Assembly (NCBI GenBank): GCA_020137815.1
Contig: CM035351.1
Location: 6,758,001-6,822,000 of the forward strand
Reading direction: 5' to 3'
Source: Hormiphora californensis
Lineage: Eukaryota; Animalia; Ctenophora
DNA: 64,000 bases
The notes beneath the pieces were generated by a model. The model was not told the origin of the DNA. It did no database searches and saw only the letters and a program-made list of their open reading frames with translations. Shown here one piece after another: positions 11,523-24,920 of the stretch (within the stretch, counting starts at the first letter, position 1; the number at the start of each line of letters is the position of its first letter). The translations under genes and the position numbers were made by a program.

Positions 11523-13860
11523 ATGAACTATACGCAGTGTCCCTTCAAGTCTGGCCAGATGCAGAGTGATTTCCTTCACAAACCCACCCCTCCAGAATCC
11601 TCCCCCAATGAGACAGCTACAGCTGACTGACAAACCCTTCGCGGGAGACAACTACATGGATTACCTCAAGGTTAGCTATTATGCCCTATATCTATCAACT
11701 ATGTCATTTTTGGTACATTCTTCTGTCTAAATTGGATGTTAGACTTGGGTTTCCTAATGATACTGCTGCATCTGTTCCTAAATCTCACACCCTTGGCCTT
11801 TCTAGATTGACGACCTCCTGGGGCTCCAGTGCAGACTTAACAACCGACAAGATTGCACACGATGAACACCTGTTTATTGTCACACATCAAGGTGGAGAAA
11901 ACACGAAGTTGAAGAGAGAAAGCATCAACTTAATTTGAGAGTAAATTGAAGATCCTAACAAATGAGCAGAACTAATCTCCATAATAATCCCTTTTTTCAG
12001 TGTTTGAACTTTGGTTCAAGCAGATTCTATACGAGTTGAAATCGATTAGAGAGGTATTCCAAATGGAGCGAATTTGTGAGCGGTACCAACAGATTATCCT
12101 TCAGAGACTCATCAGAGTCAACTCGATCCTGCGAATCATGGTGCAACAATTCGAGGTAAACTATTATTGATGTTACCATAGCAACCAATACCGTCTGGTA
12201 ACTAGGGACGAGTTATTGGCAACTGGCCAACAGCCAAATATTTGCCATGAGTACAACCCCTGCATTCCTAAAACCACTGCAGGTTTTGGAGACGATGGGA
12301 AGTATTGGATTTGCATCTTTCCGATCCCTGTTCAAGGGTGGAGCAAGTGGATTCCAGAGCACCCAGTTCAGGATTTTGGAGCACATTCTCGGAATAAGAG
12401 AGGTAAATAATGAGAGATTATAGCAAAACTAGAGCTATCAAAGACCATGTGTGCCCTTTGTAGCATTTATCAAACCCACAAGATTTTATCAAATCTTATC
12501 AAATCTTATTAATGGTTATTCCTTCCAGGAGCAGAGAACATGTACCTTCATGAAGTCATACAACGCAAAACTTAACGAGCACCAGAGGTCAACCATTGAC
12601 CAGGAGAAGTCAGAGGGAGAGGACCTAATGACATTGTAAGTGAAATATATGAAATATATCCACTAGAACAACAAATCACGAACATGCGTATGGGATTTCT
12701 CATCTCCCAACTCTCTTCCCTTCCAGGGTAGACAGGTGGCTCTCGAGGACTCCAGCTATGAGACTATTCGTGACGTCATACAAAGGTGTGATTGATACTG
12801 CCTGTCAGACTCTTAGGGACAACACAGATAAGGACACAGTTGAGGAAAGAAAGGCGGAAGCGGATGAGATGGAGGATCGGTTTTCATACATCTTCGATTC
12901 AACCAAATTTGTGGTATGCTGCTTAAAACCGGATTCATATGTTACCGGAGTCAGACTTGCTGTCCTGGGACAGGCACAGGCTTTGATTTGTAGTTATCGT
13001 GGAATTTATCTAACAAGAATGATTTCAGGAGTCTTCAAAATTACAACAAGGGAGAAAGTTGACCTACGAGGCGTTCATTGGAGCACTCATGATCACGTGC
13101 TACAACAGGGAACCCAGATTTGCCGTCCCCTATGCGATCATACAGAATTTTATCGATATGGATATCTTCCTGGCCAAGTGGCGATGTAAGTAGCATCCCC
13201 TCTTATAAATTATAATATAATAGTAATATTATTACAATATAATATTGATATTGATTCGATTCGAAAAGGAAACTCCTCATTTCTCAAGGTCATTGCTCCG
13301 CCCCAGCCCTTGGTGAGAGTCACGAGTCTCTCTTTTAATTTTGATTAGATCATAAACAAGATTAAGATTACTGATCCTTAATGAGATTTTGTTGATATCA
13401 GATTGATTTGCGTTGGTTTCACATATCCTGAATAATTTGTATCCATTCCAACCCTTCCCCCCCCCCCCTCAGTTGCCCACGTTATGATGGTGAAAAGAAT
13501 CATTGGCGGGAAGCCAGGGACTGGCGGAAGTGGAGGGTACACATACCTCCGATCTACCGTCAGGTATGTGTTTGTTTTTCTAGTGCAGCCAAGAATCTAT
13601 AATTACCTTAGATCATCCCTGGCTAAAACAACATTTACCACTCCCCCACCTGATCTGACAACTTCTTCCTCCTCTTCAGTGACCGATACATGCCGTTCAA
13701 GGACTTGTTCGAAGTATCCACGTTCGTTATCCCACCCCAGATGGTGCCAACTCTCACCCCTATCATGGTCAAAGAGATCTCAGATATCTATATCTCGGAG
13801 AGGGATGAAGAAAAGGAAACCTCCAGTAGTTCAGATGGATTTGAACCGACGATTCTTTGA
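11523..13860 (+). CDS. TDO2: Tryptophan 2,3-dioxygenase, multi-exon, one apparent +1 indel at ~11838
   Basis: [79 protein letters not shown]..FKDLF. Confidence 0.93.
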
Positions 13861-15688
13861 ATGGGGTAGTGTTACTACTGAATAGGAAAGACTTTGAATA
13901 GGAAACTAACTTTATTATGTACCAATAGGTTATAGGGCACTGCTAGCTAGGAATGGCCGACACTAACAATTATTGCTTAGTGAAAAACTAACAATAATTG
14001 TTAGTATTGGTCATTCCTAACAGTGCCATCAATATTCAATAGTATGCCAAAGACTGAGGAGTAAGGGGTACGGAAGCCTGAGTAACTCCGATTTATCCGA
14101 TTTAACTTGGTTTGATTTCCAAAGTAAACCAAGTTGTTGGATTATAAAAAACACTGACTATCTAACAGAATACTATTTAACGATTGTGTAACACATTTTA
14201 TTCAGGTGCGTTTTGACTGTAAAAACCTTAAAAGCTATGGTTTGGTTTTTTATCTGAAAATGTGAACTCCATTTATATTAGATCTTCAAATTGTGATTTT
14301 TTTACTTTTAAACACAAGGATCAAAAGCTTGTTTTGATGATGATGAAATTATGAACCCTCTAGCTATCATATAGTCGGGGGTAAACTTAACTGGCCTCGC
14401 CTTGTTCGACCCTCTCTCCCCACGCCCAACGAGCAGATACATGTATAAACTCCATCAGCGATTGTGGACTCATGTTTAATCTTCGGTCCGCTAATCATAC
14501 TTCCGGTTCAGTACGATAAATATTTTTCTTTCTCTCTCTCCCTCTCTCTCTGGCCCGCTACACTATGCAGTGGGGTGAATAAAAACGACGGACATTGCTA
14601 GTACTTGTTCTCTTTAGTCAGTACCACTATTGGTGCGTGGTCGTGCCTACGGAAGGAGTGCTTGGATCATCTTGAAACCGGTTTTAAATTCACTAATACA
14701 TACCCAAAAGTGTATGTAGCCATTTGGGTGATGTTCTGACAATCCAATCACGAGTTATGACCGAAAAACAATCAAAAAAGGTATTTTAAAGTGACAAAAA
14801 AGGAGGATCTGAACAAAGCGCTTATTTTAGGGCTTTGAAACTTCTTGTGTGGACAGAGAATCGTCCAAATTTGCAGTCTCAACTTTCAGATAGTTTCTTT
14901 TGTAGTTATCTAATTAGAGTCGCTTAAACATGTGAGAAGTTGCTATAGGGGCCTATGATACTGCTTGTGAAGTGATCACTTGACGAGATTTGCCCAATTA
15001 GAGAGCGCATTAAAGCATACAAGCGGTGAGAGCAAGCAATATGTAACGGAAGCAGTACCTAATCACCCTGTTTGCAGGGTCATACAGATTGTCTCACACT
15101 CTAATCAGATAAATACAAAAGATAGATACTTAGTTAAAGTAACAAAATATCCATGTTGAATATCCCCTGAGGGCTGAGCCCGGCCCCTGGACCTCGCTTG
15201 TGTTGGCTCTGCCCCCTACACCCCCGCCGAGGCTCCACCATCGGGCTACTCTGTGGGGGCTTCCAGTCTCACACCACCTAGCATGTGTTTCACCCTAGAC
15301 TCTGGGCACACTTGAGCTTCAGAGGCCGAGGCCCGAGAGCCTTGCACGGTGCACCGCCCCTGCCGATCCGCTACGCTATCATTCTCTACTGTCCACTATG
15401 CTCTTTTTCCGATCGGCCGTGCTCTATCTGATCTATCTTTTTTATGTGCTATGCTCAATCAGTCTGATACCGGCTATGCAGCCCGCTTATTCACGGTTCA
15501 CTCGAAAAAAGGAAGAAAAAGGAAAAACACGGGCGCCGTTACGATCTGGGTATTTTGTGGCCTGTTTACAGGTGCACGCTGCCCAAAAAGTTGATTCACT
15601 AAAATGGCTCTAACCACCAAAGTCCAAACCACTCAACCGTTTTGGCTAACCGCTAATTCAAAGTTTATCTGGTAGGAAATGTCAAGGC

Positions 15689-15750
15689 CTAACCCCAACC
15701 CAAACCCCAACCCAACCCCTAACCCTAACCCTGCTTTAGCCCTAACCCTA
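15689..15750. repeat. Degenerate telomere-like (CCCTAA)n tract at the left edge of the duplicated block
   Basis: cctaaccccaacccaaaccccaacccaacccctaaccctaaccc...ccctaacccta. Confidence 0.6.
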
Positions 15751-16117
15751 AAAACCGCTTGTCAGCACTCACCAAACACCGAGTCTTTAACGTTTTCCGA
15801 AAAACACTGTGCAGCTGCAGTGCGACTGGACCTGAAAAATATTTTTTCGGGGCCGGGTGCACCGCGCCGCGAAGTATGGAAAGCGCGAATTTTTCACTGT
15901 TACATTGCGCAATCGCGCGCGAGGAGATTTGGAACTCTACTCATATCAAGCTCAGCTCAAAAAGTTTTTTGTTTGTTTCAAACATTTCGCTTTTCTACTT
16001 TTTTAAGCCTTTTCTTCCATTTAACGTCTCTTTCTCAGGAGTGTTGACTTGTTATATGCTAAAGCATCTCAGTTTGAACTAAACTGTGGATTTTTCAGAC
16101 TCATAGATTTTGTTGAA

Positions 16118-16777
16118 ATGAATTATGATAGCTTAAAAATCGCTAGAGGAGCAGTGGTTTGTGCAGAGGCCGACTTGAGAGGTGATGTTACTGTGGGAAC
16201 AAACACTATTATCCACCCGAAAGTGAGAATCTTTGCCTACGGTGGTCCCATCGTAATAGGCGAGGGGTGTCTTATTGAAGAGCAAACAGTGATAATAAAC
16301 AGAGGAGATCTCTCTGATGAAGAGCTTGGAAAGTTTCTCAAAGAGACCGAGACAAGGCCACCACAAGCTCGAAGTGGGAAAAATGCCCCTCTCCGTGCCC
16401 TTCAAGCACAGTGTTCTTATGTATGTGGCAAAGCAGTCGGGGAAGCCCAGAACATTGGCAACTACAATTTCTTCGAGGTGGGATCTCACGTGCAGGCGAT
16501 GAAGATTGGAAGCAACAATGTGTTTGAAAGCAAGTGTAAACTAGGTCGGAAACTGACGGTCGGTGACGGTTGTGTGGTGTCCGTGTTTTGTGCCCTCGAA
16601 AAAGAGGACCACCTCGGGGACAGGACGGTTGTGTACGGTCCCAATAACCAGCGCCGGAAACAGCAGGACAAACCCATGCCCCAGACCCAGCAACTTGAGT
16701 TTCTAGCCAAGGTTCTACCTAATTTCCACAACCTGAAGAAATCTAATGTTGCAGCTAGTCCGGAGCCAAAGGGATAA
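16118..16777 (+). CDS. DCTN6: Dynactin subunit 6 (p27), intronless, copy 1
   Basis: GAVVCAEADLRGDVTVGTNTIIHPK..GGPIVIGEGCLIEEQ hexapeptide beta-helix; QLEFLAKVLPNFHNL. Confidence 0.93.
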   Translation: MNYDSLKIARGAVVCAEADLRGDVTVGTNTIIHPKVRIFAYGGPIVIGEGCLIEEQTVIINRGDLSDEELGKFLKETETRPPQARSGKNAPLRALQAQCSYVCGKAVGEAQNIGNYNFFEVGSHVQAMKIGSNNVFESKCKLGRKLTVGDGCVVSVFCALEKEDHLGDRTVVYGPNNQRRKQQDKPMPQTQQLEFLAKVLPNFHNLKKSNVAASPEPKG

Positions 16778-17009
16778 AATCTCCCTCCTTCTTGCATATC
16801 CAAATAAACTCTTGAGGAGTGGTGGGTTTTTGACGTGATTTATCTTGTACATATTTTATTACAATAACTGTGAATGGTATAATACACACATATACTCTGT
16901 AGTGAATGTTACATTGCTTTTGTTTAAAAACTTCCTCGTGTCTTTAACATCTTTTAACATCCTACCTTCGTGTTTCTCACACCAATATCCCCTCTCTTCA
17001 CTAGGAGAG

Positions 17010-17821
17010 ATGTTGGGAATAGCCGCCAGATCGGGACTGCACTGCTCACGGAGCCTGGTGGCAAGACATACAATGAAGCCCACTTTAATCCAGGCCGCCC
17101 ACATGACTGGGTCCAGCGCAACACATTGGAAAGTACGTGCTTGTTACTTCACCTGTAGTTACAATATTCAATATTATCCTGTCTCAGCAATGCGTGCTAG
17201 TAGCTTTGCAGTCGGCTCTCTTGACGACTATCTTGAAATGCTCACTTATATTTCCCTCGCATTTTTCATTGTACAGCTTTTTCGTTTTCTGCTTTAGACC
17301 TTTTCCACATTGTCCCTAATCGACCCCTTTGTCTCAGGCGGAGCGGTATGTGTCAGTTATAACAGCAGGTGCGATTGCTGGAGCAGTAGTTGCACCCTCT
17401 CTCGCTGTCGACCACGTTCTGGCTATAGTACTCCCCCTTCACACATACTGGGGCATGGAACAGGTAAATATAATCATAATATAATGAGTCACCCTCTCAA
17501 TAATGAGTCACACTATGACCTATTGCATCCCTGATGATGGCTCTTTAACATCCTCACACAGTTTGACACTTCCTATATTTCTTTTGTTATATACTCTCCA
17601 GCCAATCACTACAAGCTGTAGCCTATTACTACTCTCTCTTCCAGGTATTTCTGGATTACATTCATGTGAAAGCACTTTCTCTCATCATAGGATGGGCTCT
17701 GAAGCTCCTAACTGCTTTCACCGTTGTTGCCCTTCTCTATTTCAACCAGCATGATATTGGAATTACCCAAGCGTGTAAAGATGTGTGGAACATTAAACGA
17801 GATGAAGTTCAACTCGACTAA
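17010..17821 (+). CDS. SDHD: Succinate dehydrogenase cytochrome b small subunit, 3 exons, copy 1
   Basis: Mitochondrial presequence. HWK|AER, LHTYWGMEQ|VFLDYIH, YFNQHDIGITQACKDVW. Confidence 0.9.
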
Positions 17822-18091
17822 AATCTAACTATCTCCTTTTTTTCTGAGTCCCGACGTCGTTGTTAACGAGACATGTGTAGTACTGACGTCGTTATTGACG
17901 TGTATTTTGGTATACTGCAGTATTTAATGAGGTTGATTTGTATAAATTTCTAGACCTAAAAAAGGATGGGGTGTTTTTTACCCCTACCAAGTTGCGACAC
18001 GGAAAAATTGTATTGACACTCTTTTATACCCCAAACCCCCGAATCTAATCCTTCTTGATAATTCTTACAATAGAATCCCTGTTCTAGCTAG

Positions 18092-20750
18092 ATGGGTCAT
18101 GCGGAGAACCCTGAGAATCCGTATTCCTTCCTGAACTTCCTTAACAACGGTTGCCATGACTCCGGCAGCTCCTCATTATCAGTAGGTCTTGTTGTTTTGT
18201 AACGTAGCATCTGTTATTAATTCCTGACCTTAGGTCTTTTTATCTTTTCTAGCAACTCTTATTCGCGGTATCTCAGTGATTGTTATCACACATTTGTCTG
18301 ACTGCTACAAATAACCACACTATCTATATCAGGGCAAATCACTTGAAGCAGATCGTCCCAGAAAGATGTCCCACCCATCCTCCCCTGCCCTCTCCACAAG
18401 ATCAAACAACTCCTCCTCAAAACCAAACACACCCAGTAAGTATAAAGCTGTTTTGGGCAACCTGAATTTACTTCTTTTTGGGAGGGTATAGCTCCTGATT
18501 ATTGTCCACACCGTTCCCTTTCCACTCTAAATTACCTCTCTCTCTCCAGGTAAGAGTGTGTATCACATGAGTATGCGAGAGCTCCGGGAGATGCTGGAGG
18601 CCCTTCAGATCCGGAACACTGAACTGGAAGAGAAGGAGTTTGAAACGGACCAGCTCAAATTACGGCTAGAACAGGTCCAACAACAACTAGCAATAACCGA
18701 GACAGAACTTGCCAAGAGCCGGAAAAAGTGTAAAAAGTTGCATATTGAACTGGCTGAGGTAAGGGGAGATAATTATTATTTATAAATTACAGTACATAAA
18801 GTTAGTTAACAGTAATTAGTTATAGTTACTCTAAAATTGTATCTTCTTCTTCTTCTTCTTCTGGGAGGACGCTGGGTGGTGTGGCTGGTATGTTGCCAAC
18901 TGCTTCGGCCCAAGGAGACTTGGGGAGCTGGTGCCATACCAGGTCACAGGGGAAACCTCCCTTTAAGGGGTGGTTTCAGGGGGGTGAAGTATCTCCATCG
19001 CCTTCTTATAGAACGAGATCGTTTTTCTAAGGGGTTGATGGTGTCTAATTTCGTACATGCTGAGGCCCAGCCTGTCAAAGGATTCCTGTCGGAGTTTCCA
19101 AAGGGCGGGGCATTCAGTAAGTACATGCTTTATTGTCTCGTCTTCCATCCCACATGCTGCACAGGTTGTGGTCTCGACTTTTTTAAATTTTTTCATGTGG
19201 TAGTTAAGGTGGCAGTGCCCTGTGAGTAGGTGTGTCGCCGCCCTTAGGTCTGTTCTATTAAGTTTTTGAAGAGGTCTCTCATATCTTTCGGTCCACATCA
19301 TGTCCATATGTTTGGTTTGTTTGATGGGTCCGGGTTTAACCTTCTCCCTGAGGGCTGCATAGGCTGCCGCTTTGGGAATTGGTATGAGAGTAACTTCTTC
19401 GATTTCCTGAGCACCCCTTTTTGCCAAGATGTCTGCTATTTCGTTTCCATCGTACCCTTGATGGGCCGGGATCCATCTAATCATGACATCGTTGAATATG
19501 GCTAGGGTGTTCAGATTTTTGATAGTCTTTATCGTGGTTTTTGATCTACATGTCGTGGAGTCTAGGGTCTTTATTGTCCCTTGACTGTCACAGTTTATGA
19601 GTATTCGCTCGTTAGCTGTTCCCCTATCCAGGAGATATTGAGCCGTCTGTTGTATGGCATACATTTCTGCCGCCGGGACAGTTCCTTCGGGGCCTAGGTT
19701 ATACGAATTTCGAGCTAGCTCTGTTTCGCCAGAGTGGATAATGTATCCTGCACCGGCATTGTTGTTAATTTTTGATCCATCAGTGTGTGCAACTATCGTG
19801 TACTTGTCTCCATCCTCCAAAAACGTCTCCCTTTCTGGGATCTCTAACGAGAATTCCCTGTCTAGGGTGAGTTCCGGGGTTGTGAGATCGTGACATCTGC
19901 CCTCTGCTTCCAGAGTTCTGAGATCACGTGATACCGTGTTGGCATGCGAAGTGAACACTTTTGGGGTCTTTAGGTCTGATTTTATTGGCCCTTCCCATTC
20001 TCCTGTTGCCATTAGGGTGTATGCAGTTTTGGCTGCACAGTACCTCAGATGGTCGGTGATCGGGGCGGTGTTTGTGATTGTGTCTAGGGCTGTTGATGGC
20101 GTCGAGGGCATGGCCCCAGTTACCATCTTGAGTGCTAGCCTCTGTACCCTTATCATGTTTTCTTTGTTTGTTTTGGTTCGCATTGCATTAGCCCAGACCA
20201 TTGCCCCGTAGCATAAGGTGGGTCTCACTATTGCAGTGTATATCCATAGGGCCGTTTTAGGGTTTAGTCCCCACGTGGGTCCCACCACTTTACGGCACTG
20301 CATCAGGATATTTTTTGCTTTTTTTATTTGTTTGTTTACGTGCTCGTTCCAGTTCAGTTTGCTGTCAAGGGTAATCCCTAGAAACTTCGTGGATTCGGAC
20401 ACTTTGATAGGGTTACCCTGAATTTTGATCGGGTTTCCAATTTTCACATTTTTTCGATGGGTGAATATGACTACATGCGATTTCAGGGCACTTAGTTTGA
20501 GCCCTACTGTCTTACACCAGGTGTTTATGGAATTAAGCCCCTTCTGGGTCGCGTCCCTTAGAGGGAGTATGTCCGCAGAGGGTCCATTTCTTCCGGAGGG
20601 CATTGTGGTTGCTACTATATGACATAAGTCATCCGCAAAGCCCTGTAGTTCACCTGGTATATTCTTTTTGCTATGGTTTAGTAGATCGTCCATTACCAGG
20701 TTCCATCCTAAAATTGTATCAATTATCTCTCTCTTCTTCCCCTCTAGTCC
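18092..20750 (+). pseudogene. ENTR1: ENTR1/SDCCAG3-like, truncated copy 1 (LINE in last intron, last exon lost)
   Basis: Same first three exons as copy 2; only 3 nt of the last exon are retained at 20748-20750. Confidence 0.65.
18844..20707 (-). mobile_element. 5'-truncated non-LTR retrotransposon (C-terminal RT + RNase H + CCHC; I-group, Loa/Lian-like)
   Basis: ORF 18963-20707 has FADD, FLGITLDSKLNW, HTDGSK, WIPAH..GNEIADILAK, LTGHC..CAAC..ETIKHVLTECP. (AAG)n tail at 18844-18861. 13-bp TSD CTAAAATTGTATC at 18831-18843 and 20708-20720. Confidence 0.93.
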
Positions 20751-22965
20751 AAAATTCCAAAAAACCAAGAGGAAGTTGGCAATATCGATAACGGTATGAA
20801 TAAGGTTGGAAACCAGCTAGTTCTGATGCCTTCCAATTTCCGGCTATTCTCACATCGTACAGTTAATTGCAAGCTTTGACAACTTTAGTAACGGCGCCAT
20901 TATAATGTGCGTGTCAACATTACGCCCAATTTCTCGCTCTGGGGCGACTCTTCGCCATCTTCCTGGATTATCATATTTCATCATTAAGAATATTTACTCC
21001 ATTTTTTTGATGGAGACATTTTTCTGGTTTTAGGTTTCAGCATACTATGAGCCATTACAATTTTATTTGCCATCATTTCTGTATGTTCTTCAGTCCTCAC
21101 CCACCTTTTTTGGTGAGAATAGAAACTATATGGCACAGTACATCAATCACATATGGTTTGTCAATAACAGCAATCTTTTCCAGGCCTTCATATATGAAAC
21201 AACAAGAGGCCAAGAATAGACCCTTGGGTTTCCGAGTCAAAGTTTCAACTGACTCCCCCGATCTCCTAACCTTCGCAAAAGCGTCCTGACAGGTAGGATT
21301 ACCATTCAGAACACACCTCCAATCGATATTCATTCCAATCGCAACAGTTCTGATGCGAGATGGTCGAACCGGCCGATAGTCCCAAAACCAAAAATCACCT
21401 GAGATTTGCTGTCAACTGCAAATATCATTGCATTCCCCTCCCTCGCCCCGAATGTTTCGTTCTATAGGCGACCTGAATTTAGCGAAAAGATCATGTTTTT
21501 CAAGATTGTACGCTGCCCCTAAACTTTCTCTAACACTTGTAAAATGATAATTGGAGATGTTCTGTTTTATTCACTGTTCTCAAAATGACGCATTTTTGTG
21601 AGCAGGTCTTATTAAAGCTGTTTCAAGTTTCAACAATTCTCCCTTGGGAAGTTGGGTTACGATTTCGGATTATTGGTTGGGATGAAGTAAGGCACCTTTG
21701 AGTTAAGAGTGGTAAGGATAAGGAACATGTTTGTTGAACTTTCGATATGTAGATACAATACCGGTTTTATTTTTAACGATGACACCAATTGTTTTTCTTT
21801 GTTATCGGGCAAGTTAGGCAAGGTTTCTGAGAAGGATGGATCATTTCGAATATCTTGATAAATATTTTCAACTTTGGAGTGAAAGAACTCACTCAGTAAA
21901 TCCGGAAGTTTAGCAGGGCCTCCAAATATATCAAATTTCAAAATATGTCTGAATTGTCATTTTGGGTCATTTAGACCTTTTAATTAATGTAATTACCCTA
22001 ACCCTACTTTATCCCTATTAGGTTTGGGGTTCCCTAACCCTAAAAAACCGCTTGTCAGCACTCACCAAACACCCAGAATTTAACGTTGGCATACGTTGCA
22101 GGCCCCTTATAATATAATATAAGGGGCCTGGAGGGAATACCGCGCTAGGGGGGAATACATAATCAATCATATCTCCGGTTCCAGATAGGGTACAGGAATC
22201 GTTTTGGTAGCGTTGGAAAGAGGAAGATAACAGCTTTCAAATGCAACCGGTTTCAGGTCTCTATCTTATCAGGAACAGGAGATATGAACCAAACTCCGCA
22301 AAATCGAGTGCGGTAAAATCAAAATTTGAATGAAATTTTTAAAAAGGTGTCCCTGCAAGAATCTGTGACGTCACTTTTTGAAAACAACCCATCTTTCAAC
22401 GGCTATTGCTCAGCCTCCTTAAGTCCAATTAACTTCTCTCAAAAACAGCAAGGTAGATAATCGTCAGATCTAACAACTGGTGAAAGAATCAAGTCAAACG
22501 GACTTCAGGAGCCAAAGTTATAAGCACCGCCGTTTTTTCGACCGCAAAGTTATCTTCGACCCAGCCGGGATCAGGCCAAACGCGCGCGCGGCATTCCCTC
22601 CAGTCCCCTCGTTGCGGGGGTGCGCGCATGAGGGGGCTGCAGCGCATTCCAAAATTTAACGCTGGCCGAAAACGTACGTGCGACTGGACCTGAAAAATAT
22701 TTTTCAGGGCCAGGTGTACCGCGCCGCGAAGTATGGAAAGCGCGAATTTTTCACTGTTACATTGCACAATCGCGCGCGAGGAGATTTGGAACTCAGCTCA
22801 AAGTTTTTTATTTGTTTTTTGCGTTCAAACATTTCGCTTTTCTACTTTTTTTTAGCCATTTCTTCCATTTAACGTCTCTTTCTCAGGAGTGTTGACTTGT
22901 TATATGCTAAAGCATCTCAGTTTTAACTAATCTGTGTATTTTTCAGACTCTTAGATTTTTTTGAA

Positions 22966-23625
22966 ATGAATTATGATAGCTTAAAAATCGCTAGAGGAGC
23001 AGTGGTTTGTGCAGAGGCCGACTTGAGAGGTGATGTTACTGTGGGAACAAACACTATTATCCACCCGAAAGTGAGAATCTTTGCTTACGGTGGTCCCATT
23101 GTAATAGGCGAGGGGTGTCTTATTGAAGAACAAACAGTGATAATAAACAGAGGAGATCTCTCTGACGAAGAGCTTGGAAAGTTTCTCAAAGAGACCGAGA
23201 CAAGGCCACCACAAGCTCGAAGTGGGAAAAATGCCCCTCTTCGTGCCCTTCAAGCACAGTGTTCTTATGTATGTGGCAAAGCAGTCGGGGAAGCCCAGAA
23301 CATTGGCAACTACAATTTCTTCGAGGTGGGATCTCACGTGCAGGCGATGAAGATTGGAAGCAACAATGTGTTTGAAAGCAAGTGTAAACTAGGTCGGAAA
23401 CTGACGGTCGGGGACGGTTGTGTGGTGTCCGTGTTTTGTGCCCTCGAAAAAGAGGACCACCTCGGGGACAGGACGGTTGTGTACGGTCCCAATAACCAGC
23501 GACGAAAACAGCAGGACAAACCCATGCCCCAGACCCAGCAACTCGAGTTTCTAGCCAAGGTTCTACCTAATTTCCACAACCTGAAGAAATCTAATGTTGC
23601 AGCTAGTCCGGAGCCAAAGGGATAA
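22966..23625 (+). CDS. DCTN6: Dynactin subunit 6, copy 2
   Basis: Protein identical to copy 1. Confidence 0.93.
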   Translation: MNYDSLKIARGAVVCAEADLRGDVTVGTNTIIHPKVRIFAYGGPIVIGEGCLIEEQTVIINRGDLSDEELGKFLKETETRPPQARSGKNAPLRALQAQCSYVCGKAVGEAQNIGNYNFFEVGSHVQAMKIGSNNVFESKCKLGRKLTVGDGCVVSVFCALEKEDHLGDRTVVYGPNNQRRKQQDKPMPQTQQLEFLAKVLPNFHNLKKSNVAASPEPKG

Positions 23626-23852
23626 AATCTCCCTTCTTCTGACATTCAAATAAACTCTTGAGGAGTGGTGGGTTTTTGACGTGATTTATCTTGTACATAT
23701 TTTATTACAATAACTGTGAATGGTATACACACATATACTCTGTAGTGAATGTTACATTGCTTTTGTTTAAAAACTTCCCCGTGTCTTTAACATCTTTTAA
23801 CATTCTACCTTCGTATTTCTCACACCAATATCCCCTCTCTTCACTAGGAGAG

Positions 23853-24665
23853 ATGTTGGGAATAGCCGCCAGATCGGGACTGCACTGCTCACGGAGCCTG
23901 GTGGCAAGGCACACAATGAAGCCCACTTTAATCCAGGCCGCCCACATGACTGGGTCCAGCGCAACTCATTGGAAAGTACGTGCTTGTTACTTCACCTGTA
24001 GTTACAATATTCAATATTATCCTGTCTCAGTAATGCGTGCTAGTAGCTTTGCAGTCGGCTCTCTTGACGACTGTCTTGAAATACTCACTTACATTGCCAT
24101 CGCACTTTTCATTGTACAGCTTTTCGTTTTCTGTTTTAGACCTTTTCCACATTGTCCCTAATCGACCCCTTTGTCTCAGGCGGAGCGGTATGTGTCAGTT
24201 ATAACAGCAGGTGCGATTGCTGGAGCAGTAGTTGCACCCTCTCTCGCTGTCGACCACGTTCTGGCTATAGTACTCCCCCTTCACACATACTGGGGCATGG
24301 AACAGGTAAATATAATAATAATATAATGAGTCACTCTCTCAATAATGAGTCACACTATGACCTATTGCATCCCTGATGATGGCTCTTTAACATCCTCACA
24401 CAGATACTTCCTGTATTTCTTTTGTTATATTACTCTCCAGCCAATCACTACAAGCTGTAGCCTATTACTACTTAACTCTCTCTCCCAGGTATTTCTGGAT
24501 TACATTCATGTGAAAGCACTTTCTCTCATCATAGGATGGGCTCTGAAGCTCCTAACTGCTTTCACCGTTGTTGCCCTTCTCTACTTCAACCAGCATGATA
24601 TTGGAATTACCCAAGCGTGTAAAGATGTGTGGAACATTAAACGAGATGAAGTTCAACTCGACTAA
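23853..24665 (+). CDS. SDHD: SDHD, copy 2
   Basis: Same three exons and motifs as copy 1. Confidence 0.9.
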
Positions 24666-24920
24666 AATCTAACTATTTTCTGAGTCCCGACGTCGTTGTT
24701 AACGAGACATGTGTAGTATTGACGTCGTTATTGACGTGCATTTTGGTATACTGCAGTATTTAATGAGGTTAATTTGTATAAATTTCTAGACCTAAAAAAG
24801 GATGGGGTGTTTTTTACCCTACCAAGTTGCGACACGGAAAAATTGTATTGACACTCTTTTATACCCCAAACCCCCGAATCTTCTTGACAATTCTTACAAT
24901 AGAATCCCTGTTCTAGCTAG

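Larger units (their letters stand above)
15740..20750. repeat. Segmental duplication copy 1 (DCTN6-SDHD-partial ENTR1; includes the LINE)
   Basis: Aligns by eye with ~22032-25707; homology ends just after the last-exon acceptor (ctagtcc, 20750). Confidence 0.9.

Noticed and set aside
11830-11845. TDO2 +1 frameshift as a pseudogene
   Set aside because: All catalytic motifs and splice sites are intact; probably an assembly indel.
15689-15750. True telomere or chromosome fusion site
   Set aside because: Short and degenerate; only a telomere-like tract.
16049-16117. N-terminal extension of DCTN6 copy 1
   Set aside because: Not open in copy 2 and contains a ttttcAG acceptor; the conserved start is 16118.
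21657-21941. ORF with LSEFFHSKVENI, faintly like a CR1/L2 ORF2 linker
   Set aside because: Too short and weak to call a mobile element.
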